58,443 nucleotides of DNA from an uncultured archaeon. GTDB lineage: Archaea; Asgardarchaeota; Lokiarchaeia; Sigyniarchaeales; SOKP01. The stretch spans positions 1 through 58,443 of the forward strand of contig CAZWEM010000024.1 in NCBI GenBank assembly GCA_964632315.1, given 5' to 3'. The notes under the pieces were generated by a model. That model saw nothing but the letters and a program-made list of their open reading frames with translations. It ran no database searches and was not told the DNA's origin. Made by a program: the position numbers and the translations under genes. Below, piece after piece: positions 45,505-54,905 of the stretch. Every line of letters starts with the position of its first letter. The first letter of the stretch is position 1.

Positions 45505-47160
45505 ATGAAAAATTTAAATCTAGAAAAGATGGAAAATTCTCAAAAAAGAGAAGGTCCGTTATTACTGATTATAATGGATGGAATAGGATTACGAAAGAAT
45601 TCTGAGGGTAATGCATTGAAAGCCGCTGATACAGAATATCTTGATGGGTTAATTAAAGGGGCAAAAAATAGCAATTTATATGCCGAATTATACGCCCATG
45701 GTACATTTGTTGGATTACCGAGTGATAGTATAATGGGAAACAGCGAAGTGGGACATAATGCTATTGGAGCAGGAAGAGTTGTTGAACAAAGATCTACATT
45801 AACTAAAAATGCAATAAAGTCTGGAAATTTATTTAATGGAACAAAATGGAAGCAATTAATTAGCCAGATCAATAAAAATAATTCTACCCTTCATTTTATC
45901 GGATTATTATCAGATGGATATGTCCATTCTCACATCTCTCACTTGATTGGATTACTTGAAGGTTCTAAAAAAGATCAAATAAAAAGCGTTCGGATCCATA
46001 CATTGTTAGACGGTAGGGATGTCCCTCCTCGTTCCGCTTTAATATATGTAAAGCAATTAAATAAACAACTCGAAAAAATTAATAAAGATTCAGGATTTGA
46101 TTATCGAATTGCTTCGGGTGGTGGAAGAATGCGGGTCACTATGGATCGCTATAATTCAGATTGGAAAGTCGTTAAGCGAGGTTGGGATGCTCACGTGTGT
46201 GGCATTCCAGAAAAAGGAGAGAATTATGAAGGATATTTTACTTCTGCAAAAAAAGCCATACAAAAAGCTAGAAAAATTTATCCCGAAAGTAATGATCAGT
46301 ATCTACCGTCTTTTGTAATCACAAACAATGAAGGTACTCCAATTGGAAAAATGGAAAATAATGATAGCGTAATATTCTTTAATTTTAGAGGAGATAGAGC
46401 AATTGAAATTTCAAGAGCATTTGATGAAGAGGGGTTTTCAGAATTTGCAAAAGCCTGCAATCCAAAGGTTTTCTACTATGGAATGATGCTATATGATGAT
46501 AAATTAGGCATACCTGAAAAATACTTTCTGGAACCACCTAAAATACATGACACTTTGACCTCTTACTTGTGTACGGAAAATGTAAAGCAATTCTCAATCG
46601 CAGAAACACATAAATTTGGCCATATCAAGTACTTCTTTTTAGGAAATAGAGACAAGAGTCCGTGTCCTGATTTAGATAAATACGTGGAAATAAAATCAGA
46701 ACCATCTGAACAAATTGAATCTCACCCGAAAATGAAGGCTTATGAAGTAAAAGACAAATTATTAGAGGTATTAGATGCAAATCAATATCAATTTTTACGA
46801 GTTAATTTCGCAAATGGTGATATGGTTGGACATACGGGAAATTTTAATTCAGCCGTAATAGCAGCAGAAACAGTAAATGATTGCATTAAAGAATTGGTAG
46901 AAAAAGTAAAAGAGTTAAAAGGTACAGCAATAATTACAGGTGATCATGGAAATCTTGAAGATATGAAAGATTTTGAGACTTCACATACATTAAATAAGGT
47001 GATGTTTCTTATTATTGATTCAAAATCCAAGGTAAATTATACTATAAAAAAAGACATCGATAAACCGGGTTTAGGAAATATAGCTGCAACCATTTTAAAT
47101 CTTCTGGGATATAAAAAGCCACCCAGCTTTTTACCTTCATTGATAGAATTTTACACATAA
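45505..47160 (+). CDS. gpmI: 2,3-bisphosphoglycerate-independent phosphoglycerate mutase
   Basis: IMDG.G, MGNSEVGH, SDG.VHSH, LDGRDV, NFRGDRA, NGDMVGHTG, GDHGN. Confidence 0.95.
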   Translation: MKNLNLEKMENSQKREGPLLLIIMDGIGLRKNSEGNALKAADTEYLDGLIKGAKNSNLYAELYAHGTFVGLPSDSIMGNSEVGHNAIGAGRVVEQRSTLTKNAIKSGNLFNGTKWKQLISQINKNNSTLHFIGLLSDGYVHSHISHLIGLLEGSKKDQIKSVRIHTLLDGRDVPPRSALIYVKQLNKQLEKINKDSGFDYRIASGGGRMRVTMDRYNSDWKVVKRGWDAHVCGIPEKGENYEGYFTSAKKAIQKARKIYPESNDQYLPSFVITNNEGTPIGKMENNDSVIFFNFRGDRAIEISRAFDEEGFSEFAKACNPKVFYYGMMLYDDKLGIPEKYFLEPPKIHDTLTSYLCTENVKQFSIAETHKFGHIKYFFLGNRDKSPCPDLDKYVEIKSEPSEQIESHPKMKAYEVKDKLLEVLDANQYQFLRVNFANGDMVGHTGNFNSAVIAAETVNDCIKELVEKVKELKGTAIITGDHGNLEDMKDFETSHTLNKVMFLIIDSKSKVNYTIKKDIDKPGLGNIAATILNLLGYKKPPSFLPSLIEFYT

Positions 47161-47180
47161 TGGGACAGAAATATCAAATC

Positions 47181-48059
47181 TTAAACCTTGAAGGGTATTA
47201 TATTCATTTCGGATTGATATTTTTGAAAAATTTTATTTATGAATTCTCTTTCATCTGTATTCCAAGGATGAAAGGAAGGTTTTAAAAAATCTTTTACTCT
47301 AAAGGACAAGCCCTTGACTAATCCTTTTTTTCCAAAAATAAAATTAAATAAGTTGAGACGTAATCGCGATCCAAATTTCCTATCTTTCTTTAAGAGATAC
47401 CTCATGCGAATAAAAACACTATATATGAGGTCAATAGTGACAAAAAGAAATCCAAACATTCGAATTAGATAACTACCAGAAACATTTTGAAATAAATCAA
47501 AACAAACGCTTTTATGTTCTATTTCTTCCATGGCATGATATAATAATAGACCTTTAAACTCCAGAGGGAAATTAATGAGAATGTTAGGTTTAACATGGGT
47601 GAATAAATAGGCAAGAGAAGCAGTATAATGTTCTGCCGCAGCAGTTATTGCTAATCTTACTACTGTAGGGAAATGTTTACGAGAAAAAATTCTGAAGCGT
47701 CTTAATCGATTATCATAGGTTTTTAATTTCTTATACCCTAATTGAATAAGTGCATCCGTCCATTTTATGTGTTGACGACTATGTAACGCTTCTTGACGTA
47801 TAAAATTCTTTAAATCTGACCGAAATTGAGCACTCATTTTTCCTTTTTTCATGAGGATGCTAGCTCCATCCAACGCAGCTTGAATAAAAAGCTTTTCCCC
47901 CTCTGGAAAGGTTGCTTGGAAAGCATTGAAAAAATGTGTCAACATAGGACTATTTTCTGCCCAATATCTGTTTTTATTTAGTGGATGAGCATAATCAAAA
48001 TTAACTTTCCTCACGATTAATTCTAAATTTTTTGGTCTTATTTTTTGTTTATAAATCAT
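47181..48059 (-). CDS. predicted metal-dependent hydrolase (ferritin-like helical, PF10118-like)
   Basis: FPEGE..FI, FIRQEA.H, T.AAEHYT, HA.EE.EHKSV.FD, P.FHPW. Confidence 0.85.
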   Translation of the reverse strand: MIYKQKIRPKNLELIVRKVNFDYAHPLNKNRYWAENSPMLTHFFNAFQATFPEGEKLFIQAALDGASILMKKGKMSAQFRSDLKNFIRQEALHSRQHIKWTDALIQLGYKKLKTYDNRLRRFRIFSRKHFPTVVRLAITAAAEHYTASLAYLFTHVKPNILINFPLEFKGLLLYHAMEEIEHKSVCFDLFQNVSGSYLIRMFGFLFVTIDLIYSVFIRMRYLLKKDRKFGSRLRLNLFNFIFGKKGLVKGLSFRVKDFLKPSFHPWNTDEREFINKIFQKYQSEMNIIPFKV

Positions 48060-48082
48060 CTTCCTTCATAAGATTATATTTA

Positions 48083-48961
48083 TTAATTTTTATCTTTACT
48101 TTCTTCAGGATCTATTGAATTTTGAGAACTTGATTGATTATTTAAACTTAAAATCAAAGATGGAGTAGATAAATCAATTTTTTTATCTCTACAAGAAAAA
48201 AACACAGCTTTTCGTAAGTTATGATTAAACTTAGGAATAATTTTACTGTTATTGATGTAGACTAACAATCGATACTTTACAGCAAAATTTAAAAAGTCGT
48301 AGATATCAACTCGAGGTTCTGGAAATTCAAGAATATTTTGGAGCTTAGCCGCAGCATCTAATAATGCTTCCTCAACTAATTTAGGTTCAACATCATAACC
48401 AGCTGTTATGAAGACTTCTCTTCGAAGTATCCTGTTTTTACCATAATTTAGAATTTTTCCTTTTAACAGTTGTTGGTTAGGTATTGAGATTATTACTCCA
48501 TCAATGTCTTTTAACATGGTAAATACTAATTTAATTTCGACAACATCGGCTAATCTATCGTCATACATTACTCTATCCCCAACCTCAAATGGCTTACTGA
48601 TTACAATAATTAACCCTGCAATAAAGTTTCCTATAGTGTTCATTGCTGCGAATCCAATGATTGTACCTCCCGCTACGGTGAAAATTCCAGCTAATGTCCC
48701 AAATGCTTCAATAAAAATAACGGATAAAGATATTAAAATAAAAATGTATAAGAGGATTCTCATTAAACTTAAAATATTTTTCCTCGTTGGTTTATCTATT
48801 CTTTCTTTTCGTTCTAAACGTCTAACCTGTTTCTTTAAAATAATATAAATGATATATGCTATAACTACAACGATTATTGCCATCAAAATTGGAAAGAAAT
48901 GAACTTCTATCCAAGTAAATATGTCATTGAGAATATTTTCCAAAATATTTTGATATAACAT
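48083..48961 (-). CDS. MscS-family mechanosensitive channel
   Basis: IGFAA..TIGNFIAG, KPFEVGD, IPN, Y..EP. Confidence 0.88.
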   Translation of the reverse strand: MLYQNILENILNDIFTWIEVHFFPILMAIIVVVIAYIIYIILKKQVRRLERKERIDKPTRKNILSLMRILLYIFILISLSVIFIEAFGTLAGIFTVAGGTIIGFAAMNTIGNFIAGLIIVISKPFEVGDRVMYDDRLADVVEIKLVFTMLKDIDGVIISIPNQQLLKGKILNYGKNRILRREVFITAGYDVEPKLVEEALLDAAAKLQNILEFPEPRVDIYDFLNFAVKYRLLVYINNSKIIPKFNHNLRKAVFFSCRDKKIDLSTPSLILSLNNQSSSQNSIDPEESKDKN

Positions 48962-48981
48962 GGTCTGAAAACACTCCTTCT

Positions 48982-49599
48982 TTAAAACTCAAAATCTGCC
49001 CCAATTTCAAGAAATTTTGCATCAATTTCCTGTTCATTCAGAAATTTAACTAATTTCTTTCCCATTTCTTCCTGTCCTGGGTCAAAATGATAAGGAAAAA
49101 CGATTTTTGGATAGATTTCATTCAAAAATTTGAGATAATCTCCATAAAACTCTTCGAAACTAGCAATAAAGCAATAATCAACTTGACTTACCAAATTCAT
49201 AAGACTTTTTGAAAAAACCGCTGAGTCTGCCGTGTGAAGTAATGTGATGTCTCCCTTTTTTATTAAATACGCAAAACAATTCTCAGTTTTGTAGCATTTA
49301 ATTTTATATGGCGTAATGGAAAGATCTTCTAATTCTATTACTTCTTCGTCTTTTACAACCTTTATCTCTAATTTTTCTCTCATAATTTTTGGCGCATAAA
49401 TCTTCAGCTTTTCTGCAGCGTATTTGTTTCTTATCTCAGAGATTTTTTCCATATTTGCGTGATCAGAATGTTCATGAGTGAGAAAAATAGTTTTGATCCC
49501 ATTTTCTGGAGAGACAAAATAATTGGGGTCTATGATTATATGATCGTTAATATCAATAAGTTCAATACAAGATCTTCCTAAAAACCTAATTTTCGTCAT
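48982..49599 (-). CDS. metallo-beta-lactamase-fold hydrolase
   Basis: IIDP, THEHSDH, HTADS, PYH. Confidence 0.85.
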   Translation of the reverse strand: MTKIRFLGRSCIELIDINDHIIIDPNYFVSPENGIKTIFLTHEHSDHANMEKISEIRNKYAAEKLKIYAPKIMREKLEIKVVKDEEVIELEDLSITPYKIKCYKTENCFAYLIKKGDITLLHTADSAVFSKSLMNLVSQVDYCFIASFEEFYGDYLKFLNEIYPKIVFPYHFDPGQEEMGKKLVKFLNEQEIDAKFLEIGADFEF

Positions 49600-49877
49600 A
49601 TTTTAAACCAAATTTACTAATTTTTCTTTAAAATACTTGTGTCATTGAATTTTAAAATCTTTCTATTTTAGATTATATATATTCTCAATACGAAGTCTTC
49701 AAATTCAAGTTATAGCAAAAGGTTCAATTAGAGAATCAAAACAAAAGGAATTAATTTCATGGTTTCAGTTAAGAAAAAAGCTTAATGGTTCAATTAGAAC
49801 TGAATATATTTTAATCATTAAATTTAAATTGTTGATTTAATCTTTAAGAAGAAAAAAGAGTCTGAATCGAATTTAAA

Positions 49878-50651
49878 ATGAAAGTTAATAAAAATGAAAT
49901 AGTGATTGAAGATCCATCAGTTCAAATAGATGAAAATGCAACGATCATCTTTGGTTTTGCTGGAGTAGGATTGATTGGGCCCATAATCACTAATACGTTA
50001 ATCGATCAAATTGAAGATCTTAAACAAATAGGGTTTGTTACATCCACCGAACTTCCACCAATCGCGGTTTTTTATGATGGAGTGCTTAAGCACCCGTTCC
50101 GTTTATATTATAGTAAAGAAAAAAATCTCATAGTTGGTATATGTGAAGTACCATTTGAAACTAATTCAGCTTACGATGGATTAAGTGAATTGATGTGTAA
50201 ATGGGCTTTATCCGAAGATGTAAAGGCAAAGGAATTCTTAATATTTCAGGGGATTCTAAAACGGGAAATGATTGATGAACATCACGTGTATTATGCTGCT
50301 GAAGAACATAAAGTTGAGTTTTTAGAAAATTTCGATATTCAAAAACTAAAGCAGGGGATAATATATGGAGCGGAAGCAACTTTTCTAAATCGAGCTTTAT
50401 CCAATAAAATTGATGCTTTTGCTTTATTTACAGAGGTAACACGATATCCCACTCCTGAGGGTGCCGCTGCTATCATAGAAAAAATGAATCAAATATTTAA
50501 TCTTAACATTGATACTACGAAATTGATTGAAGAAGGTAAAAAAATTAAAAACAAAATGCTTGAAATGGCTGAAAAAGCACAAGAATACCAGAGAAAACAA
50601 CTTCGAGGGACAAAACATCCCAGTGAAGAATATACTCAATATTTTCAATAA
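49878..50651 (+). CDS. PAC2 family proteasome assembly chaperone
   Basis: GFAGVGL.G.I, LPPI, P.R.Y, P.PEGAA..I, IDT..L.EEG. Confidence 0.88.
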   Translation: MKVNKNEIVIEDPSVQIDENATIIFGFAGVGLIGPIITNTLIDQIEDLKQIGFVTSTELPPIAVFYDGVLKHPFRLYYSKEKNLIVGICEVPFETNSAYDGLSELMCKWALSEDVKAKEFLIFQGILKREMIDEHHVYYAAEEHKVEFLENFDIQKLKQGIIYGAEATFLNRALSNKIDAFALFTEVTRYPTPEGAAAIIEKMNQIFNLNIDTTKLIEEGKKIKNKMLEMAEKAQEYQRKQLRGTKHPSEEYTQYFQ

Positions 50652-50696
50652 TTCTATCCTAATATCTTTTAATTCAAAATTCTTAGCGTGATATAA

Positions 50697-51779
50697 CTGA
50701 AAAAATTAGCTAGATTATGGAATAAATTAAATGATGATATTGTTCAGTGCAACGTGTGTGCTAATGAATGCGTAATCACAAAAGATAAAGTAGGTATCTG
50801 TAGAACAAGAAAAAATATTGAAGGAACTCTTTATACTTTAATCTACGGATCATTAATTGATTTTGGAAAATTGGATCCCATTGAAAAAAAACCTCTTTAT
50901 AATTTCTACCCAGGAACGAAAATTTATTCTATAGCGTCAATAGGTTGTTCTTTTCGGTGTCTCCATTGTCAAAATTGGTCCATTAGCCAAGCCTCACCAG
51001 ATGAAAATGGACAAGAGGGAGCATACGACTTTGAAAATTATGAAGACCAAACAATTAACCTCGTGGAACTGACACCAAAAGAGCTGGTGGCTAAGGTTTT
51101 AAAATCTGGTGCTAAAAGTCTCGCTTATACATATAATGAACCCTTAATTTGGCATGAATGGGTACTAGACACGGCTCGACTTTTAAAGGAGAATGACATT
51201 AAAACTGTACTAGTCACAAATGGATATTCTACTAAAGAGGCAACCCAAGAGCTAATTGATGTGGGAATTGACGCGGCAAATATTGATATAAAAGGAATAA
51301 CAGATGATTTTTATAAAAAAATCTGTGGAGTAAAAGCGGTCACTCCCGTATTAAACACCTGTAAAAGATTCAAGCAAGGAGGAATACACTTAGAAATTAC
51401 TAATTTAATAATTCCTGATCTAAATGATAGCAAAGAAGATTTATTAGAATTATGTGAATGGGTTGTAAAAAATCTGGGAGAAAATACTCCGCTTCACTTT
51501 TCCGCATATCATCCTGATTTTAAAATGCCTTCAAAACGGAGAACCGCTGTTGAAACACTTGAACTGGCATATGAAATAGCAAAAGATAAAGGCTTGAATT
51601 ACGTTTATATTGGAAATGTGTTATCTTCTCATGGCAATAATACGTATTGTCCTAAATGCAATCAACTTTTAATTAGTCGAATGGGCTATAATGTTTCGAA
51701 AATTAATATTACTCAAAATTTGAAATGCTCAAAATGTAATTATGATCTTCATGAAGATATCATTGGAATCTTTCAATAA
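50697..51779 (+). CDS. AmmeMemoRadiSam-system radical SAM enzyme (PFL-activase-like); probable CTG start
   Basis: DPIEKKPL..F.PG, GCSFRCLHCQNW.ISQ, YTYNEP, VTNGY, LHFS.YHP, Y.GNV; track ORF starts at 50754. Confidence 0.9.
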   Translation: MKKLARLWNKLNDDIVQCNVCANECVITKDKVGICRTRKNIEGTLYTLIYGSLIDFGKLDPIEKKPLYNFYPGTKIYSIASIGCSFRCLHCQNWSISQASPDENGQEGAYDFENYEDQTINLVELTPKELVAKVLKSGAKSLAYTYNEPLIWHEWVLDTARLLKENDIKTVLVTNGYSTKEATQELIDVGIDAANIDIKGITDDFYKKICGVKAVTPVLNTCKRFKQGGIHLEITNLIIPDLNDSKEDLLELCEWVVKNLGENTPLHFSAYHPDFKMPSKRRTAVETLELAYEIAKDKGLNYVYIGNVLSSHGNNTYCPKCNQLLISRMGYNVSKINITQNLKCSKCNYDLHEDIIGIFQ

Positions 51780-52039
51780 AAGCTCTTTGATGAATTAATA
51801 TTACAATTTTATAATTATATCAATCGAAATTTAAAGTTTAAAACAACTCTAATCTTAGATTCGATAAAACTCTCTTTTTCTAATTTTAATTTTAATCATT
51901 TCATTTAAATTGGAGTGTATCTGAAGGAAATTAACTCTTTTAAACCTTTTACCGAATAAACTGAAACATTAAATATGAATAAAATTTTAATGAATTAAAA
52001 TAGACGTCCCCTAATTCAATTTTTAATGGAGATTTTGGG

Positions 52040-53272
52040 TTGAGTATTGAAAAACATACTAGTAATTTCTCGAAACAATTCGTAATTTTAATGACCATTT
52101 TCATAGATGCTACAGGATATGCAATGATAATACCACTTCTTCCTTTTTTTGCAGTTTCATTGCATGTTGGAGCCTTAGCATTGGGTTTTTTGTTGAATAT
52201 CTTTGCCTTAATGCAATTTATTTTTTCTCCTATTATGGGGCGGTTATCTGATAAATATGGTCGGCGTAAACTTCTATTATTATCAATCTCATTATCTAGT
52301 CTCAGTTTTTTGATGTTTACAGTAGCAACATCATATTGGTTTTTATTCATTTCACGTATATTTTCAGGTATGGCCACTGAAATATCAATCGCTCAAGCAT
52401 ACATAGCAGATATCACGGCTAATAAGAAAAGGACTTCAGGATTGGGAAAAGTTAGAGCTGCCTTCTCAGCAGGAGTGATCATCGGACCATCTATTGGTGG
52501 ATTTTTAAGTCTTATCGGCTATTGGGCACCTGGGTTATTAGCCATCTTTTTAACTCTTATAAATCTTACCTTTGTTTATTTCTTTTTACCGGAAACGCGA
52601 AGTAAGACCAATAAAGAAAATTTAGTGAATTCACAATTGATCACGCAAACAAATTTCATTAAAAGTATTAAAGAGGCTTTCAAAAAACCTTTATTGCCAT
52701 ATCTTTTAATTATTTTCTTTATAACTGTATTATCCTTTTCGGCGATTCCTGTTCTGATCCCCTTTGTTGGGATCGAATTTTTTAATTTTTCTCAAATTGA
52801 TTTATCTTTCATTTTTATATTTATAGGAATTTTACAATTTGTAATACAAGGATTCTTAGTAGGTAAATTATCCGAAAGATTTGGGGAATCTGTTATAATA
52901 ATTTTAGGATCACTCTTTATATTGGTTGGCTTATTCTTTTTACCATTTTTGCCTAATTTAATTCTATTTTATCTACTCATTGGAAGCATTTCTGGTGGAA
53001 ATGGTTTTGTAAGAACTGCAATACCTGGAGTTATTTCAAGAATTTCAAGTGAAGATGAACAAGGTGGATTTTTAGGCTTAGCCCAATCAGTAGCTAGTTT
53101 TGCTCTAATTCCCGGGCCCATTATAGCAGGTTTTCTTTATGAATACGTTGGCTTTTTCTCGCCATTTATATTTAGTGCTTTATTACTTGTCATAAGCCTT
53201 ATTTTTAGCATTAAATCTTATTATCAGCTGAAAAACCATGATTTTAATGAAAAAAAAGTTCTTAAAGTTTAA
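52040..53272 (+). CDS. MFS transporter, TetA/DHA1-like
   Basis: GRLSDKYGRR motif A, QAYIADIT, G.IIGP.IGG, LPET. Confidence 0.9.
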   Translation: MSIEKHTSNFSKQFVILMTIFIDATGYAMIIPLLPFFAVSLHVGALALGFLLNIFALMQFIFSPIMGRLSDKYGRRKLLLLSISLSSLSFLMFTVATSYWFLFISRIFSGMATEISIAQAYIADITANKKRTSGLGKVRAAFSAGVIIGPSIGGFLSLIGYWAPGLLAIFLTLINLTFVYFFLPETRSKTNKENLVNSQLITQTNFIKSIKEAFKKPLLPYLLIIFFITVLSFSAIPVLIPFVGIEFFNFSQIDLSFIFIFIGILQFVIQGFLVGKLSERFGESVIIILGSLFILVGLFFLPFLPNLILFYLLIGSISGGNGFVRTAIPGVISRISSEDEQGGFLGLAQSVASFALIPGPIIAGFLYEYVGFFSPFIFSALLLVISLIFSIKSYYQLKNHDFNEKKVLKV

Positions 53273-53290
53273 ATATGTAAGATTTGAAGA

Positions 53291-54646
53291 TTATTCACTA
53301 ATTCGTCCTATTACTCTAAATGGTAATGATTTATTGAATTCATCAAAATCGTAGATTCGTCTTCCATCAACGAGATTTGGACTTTTCATTAATTTTTTAA
53401 AGTAATCAGGTTTTAAATTTTTAAATTCGTCCCATTCTGTTATCAAAAATGCGCATTCAGACTCTTTTAATGCATTATCTATATCTTTGGCATATTTAAT
53501 CTTACTACCTAATTCTTTCTCCGCTGTCTCATTTGCTTTAGGATCATAACCAACAATATCATAAATTCCTCGCTTTATCAACTCATTTACCACTCTAATG
53601 CTTGCTGCTTCTCGCATATCATCCGTACCTGGTTTGAAAGCTAATCCTAGTAATGTTACTTTTTTTCCAGCCAGTTTTCCAGCTAATTCTTCGGCGATAT
53701 CTACAATATGTATTGCTTGATCATCATTAATCCCTAATACGGCCTCTAATAACCTTGAAGTATATCCTTTCGATTTAGACCATGCTTTTATTGCATTTAC
53801 ATCCTTATGGAAGCAAGATCCTCCAAATCCAACCCCAGCACCTAGAAATCTTGAACTAATTCTATAATCAAGTCCTACTCCCTTCATTACTTGACCAACA
53901 TCCACATTAGGAACCAACTCTGCAAAATTAGCAAATTCATTTGTATAGCTTATCTTTGTAGATAAAAGACAATTATTACCGTATTTTACCAATTCAGCAC
54001 TCTCTAAGTTCATTCGAAGGACGGGACAATTTTTTAAATGGTCGCCGTAAAAATATTGATAAAATTCTTGGAGCATTGAACCACTCTTTTCATTAAGCTC
54101 TCCGATAACAATTCTGTCTGGATGTAAAGTATCTTCGATACTTCGACCTTCTGCTAAAAATTCTGGTTGCATGCACAGTCCAAAATCCTTTCCTGCCTCT
54201 TTTCCAGACACTTCTGTAATAATTTTCGATACTAAACCTCTTGTAGTCCCCGGAACGACCGTAGAACGAACAACTACAAGATGATATTTCTCCTTAACTT
54301 TGAAAGCTTCTCCAATTTCTCTCGCGGTGTTTTCAATGTAACTAAGATCTATGCTCTTATCTGCTCGCATAGGGGTTCCTTGGGTAATCATGGAAATATC
54401 TGTATTGAGAACAGCTTTGACTGGATCTAATGAACATCTCAGTAATTCTGGCTTATCTTTCTTTATCTCATCCATTATTTCTTGAAGGTTTGCTTCATAA
54501 AATGGGGCAACTCCTGAATTAATCATTTCTGCCTTTTTTTCATTATGAGTTGATGCGATTACTTTAATCTCTTTTTGCGCAAAACAAGCCGCACTACATA
54601 AACCAATGAATCCAGTACCTAAAATTGAAACGCTATATTTAAACAT
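53291..54646 (-). CDS. UDP-glucose/GDP-mannose dehydrogenase family protein
   Basis: GTGFIG, STVVPGT, PEFLAEG, SAELVKY..N, GFGGSCF.KD, LAFKP.TDD.RE. Confidence 0.93.
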   Translation of the reverse strand: MFKYSVSILGTGFIGLCSAACFAQKEIKVIASTHNEKKAEMINSGVAPFYEANLQEIMDEIKKDKPELLRCSLDPVKAVLNTDISMITQGTPMRADKSIDLSYIENTAREIGEAFKVKEKYHLVVVRSTVVPGTTRGLVSKIITEVSGKEAGKDFGLCMQPEFLAEGRSIEDTLHPDRIVIGELNEKSGSMLQEFYQYFYGDHLKNCPVLRMNLESAELVKYGNNCLLSTKISYTNEFANFAELVPNVDVGQVMKGVGLDYRISSRFLGAGVGFGGSCFHKDVNAIKAWSKSKGYTSRLLEAVLGINDDQAIHIVDIAEELAGKLAGKKVTLLGLAFKPGTDDMREAASIRVVNELIKRGIYDIVGYDPKANETAEKELGSKIKYAKDIDNALKESECAFLITEWDEFKNLKPDYFKKLMKSPNLVDGRRIYDFDEFNKSLPFRVIGRISE

Positions 54647-54749
54647 GTTAATTGCCTTAATCTTTTGGATTATCTCATTTCTTTTGCATATAAATTTTTG
54701 CTATCCATGAAATCACGTTCTAATATATTGAATCACCAATCAAATTTAT

Positions 54750-54864
54750 GTTCTTTTCCTAGATATTTTAGAATCGTGGGATTCTGATGGGTTCAATCTA
54801 TGGGAGTTCTTTTCCTAGATATTTTAGAATCGTGGGATTCTGATGGGTTCAATCTATGGGAGTT
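54750..54864. repeat. exact tandem duplication, 2 x 56 nt, intergenic
   Basis: GTTCTTTTCCTAGATATTTTAGAATCGTGGGATTCTGATGGGTTCAATCTATGGGA at 54750 and 54806. Confidence 0.93.
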
Positions 54865-54905
54865 ATTAATAATGGAAAATGTAAAATTATAACCAAAAAT
54901 TAAAG

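Noticed and set aside
54704-54792. Functional SECIS element
   Set aside because: The AUGA/UGA core is only loosely present, the stem is bulged, and no UGA-containing gene lies upstream on that strand
54750-54864. CRISPR array or tRNA (GGTTCAA resembles a T-loop)
   Set aside because: Only two abutting copies with no spacer, and no cloverleaf can be drawn
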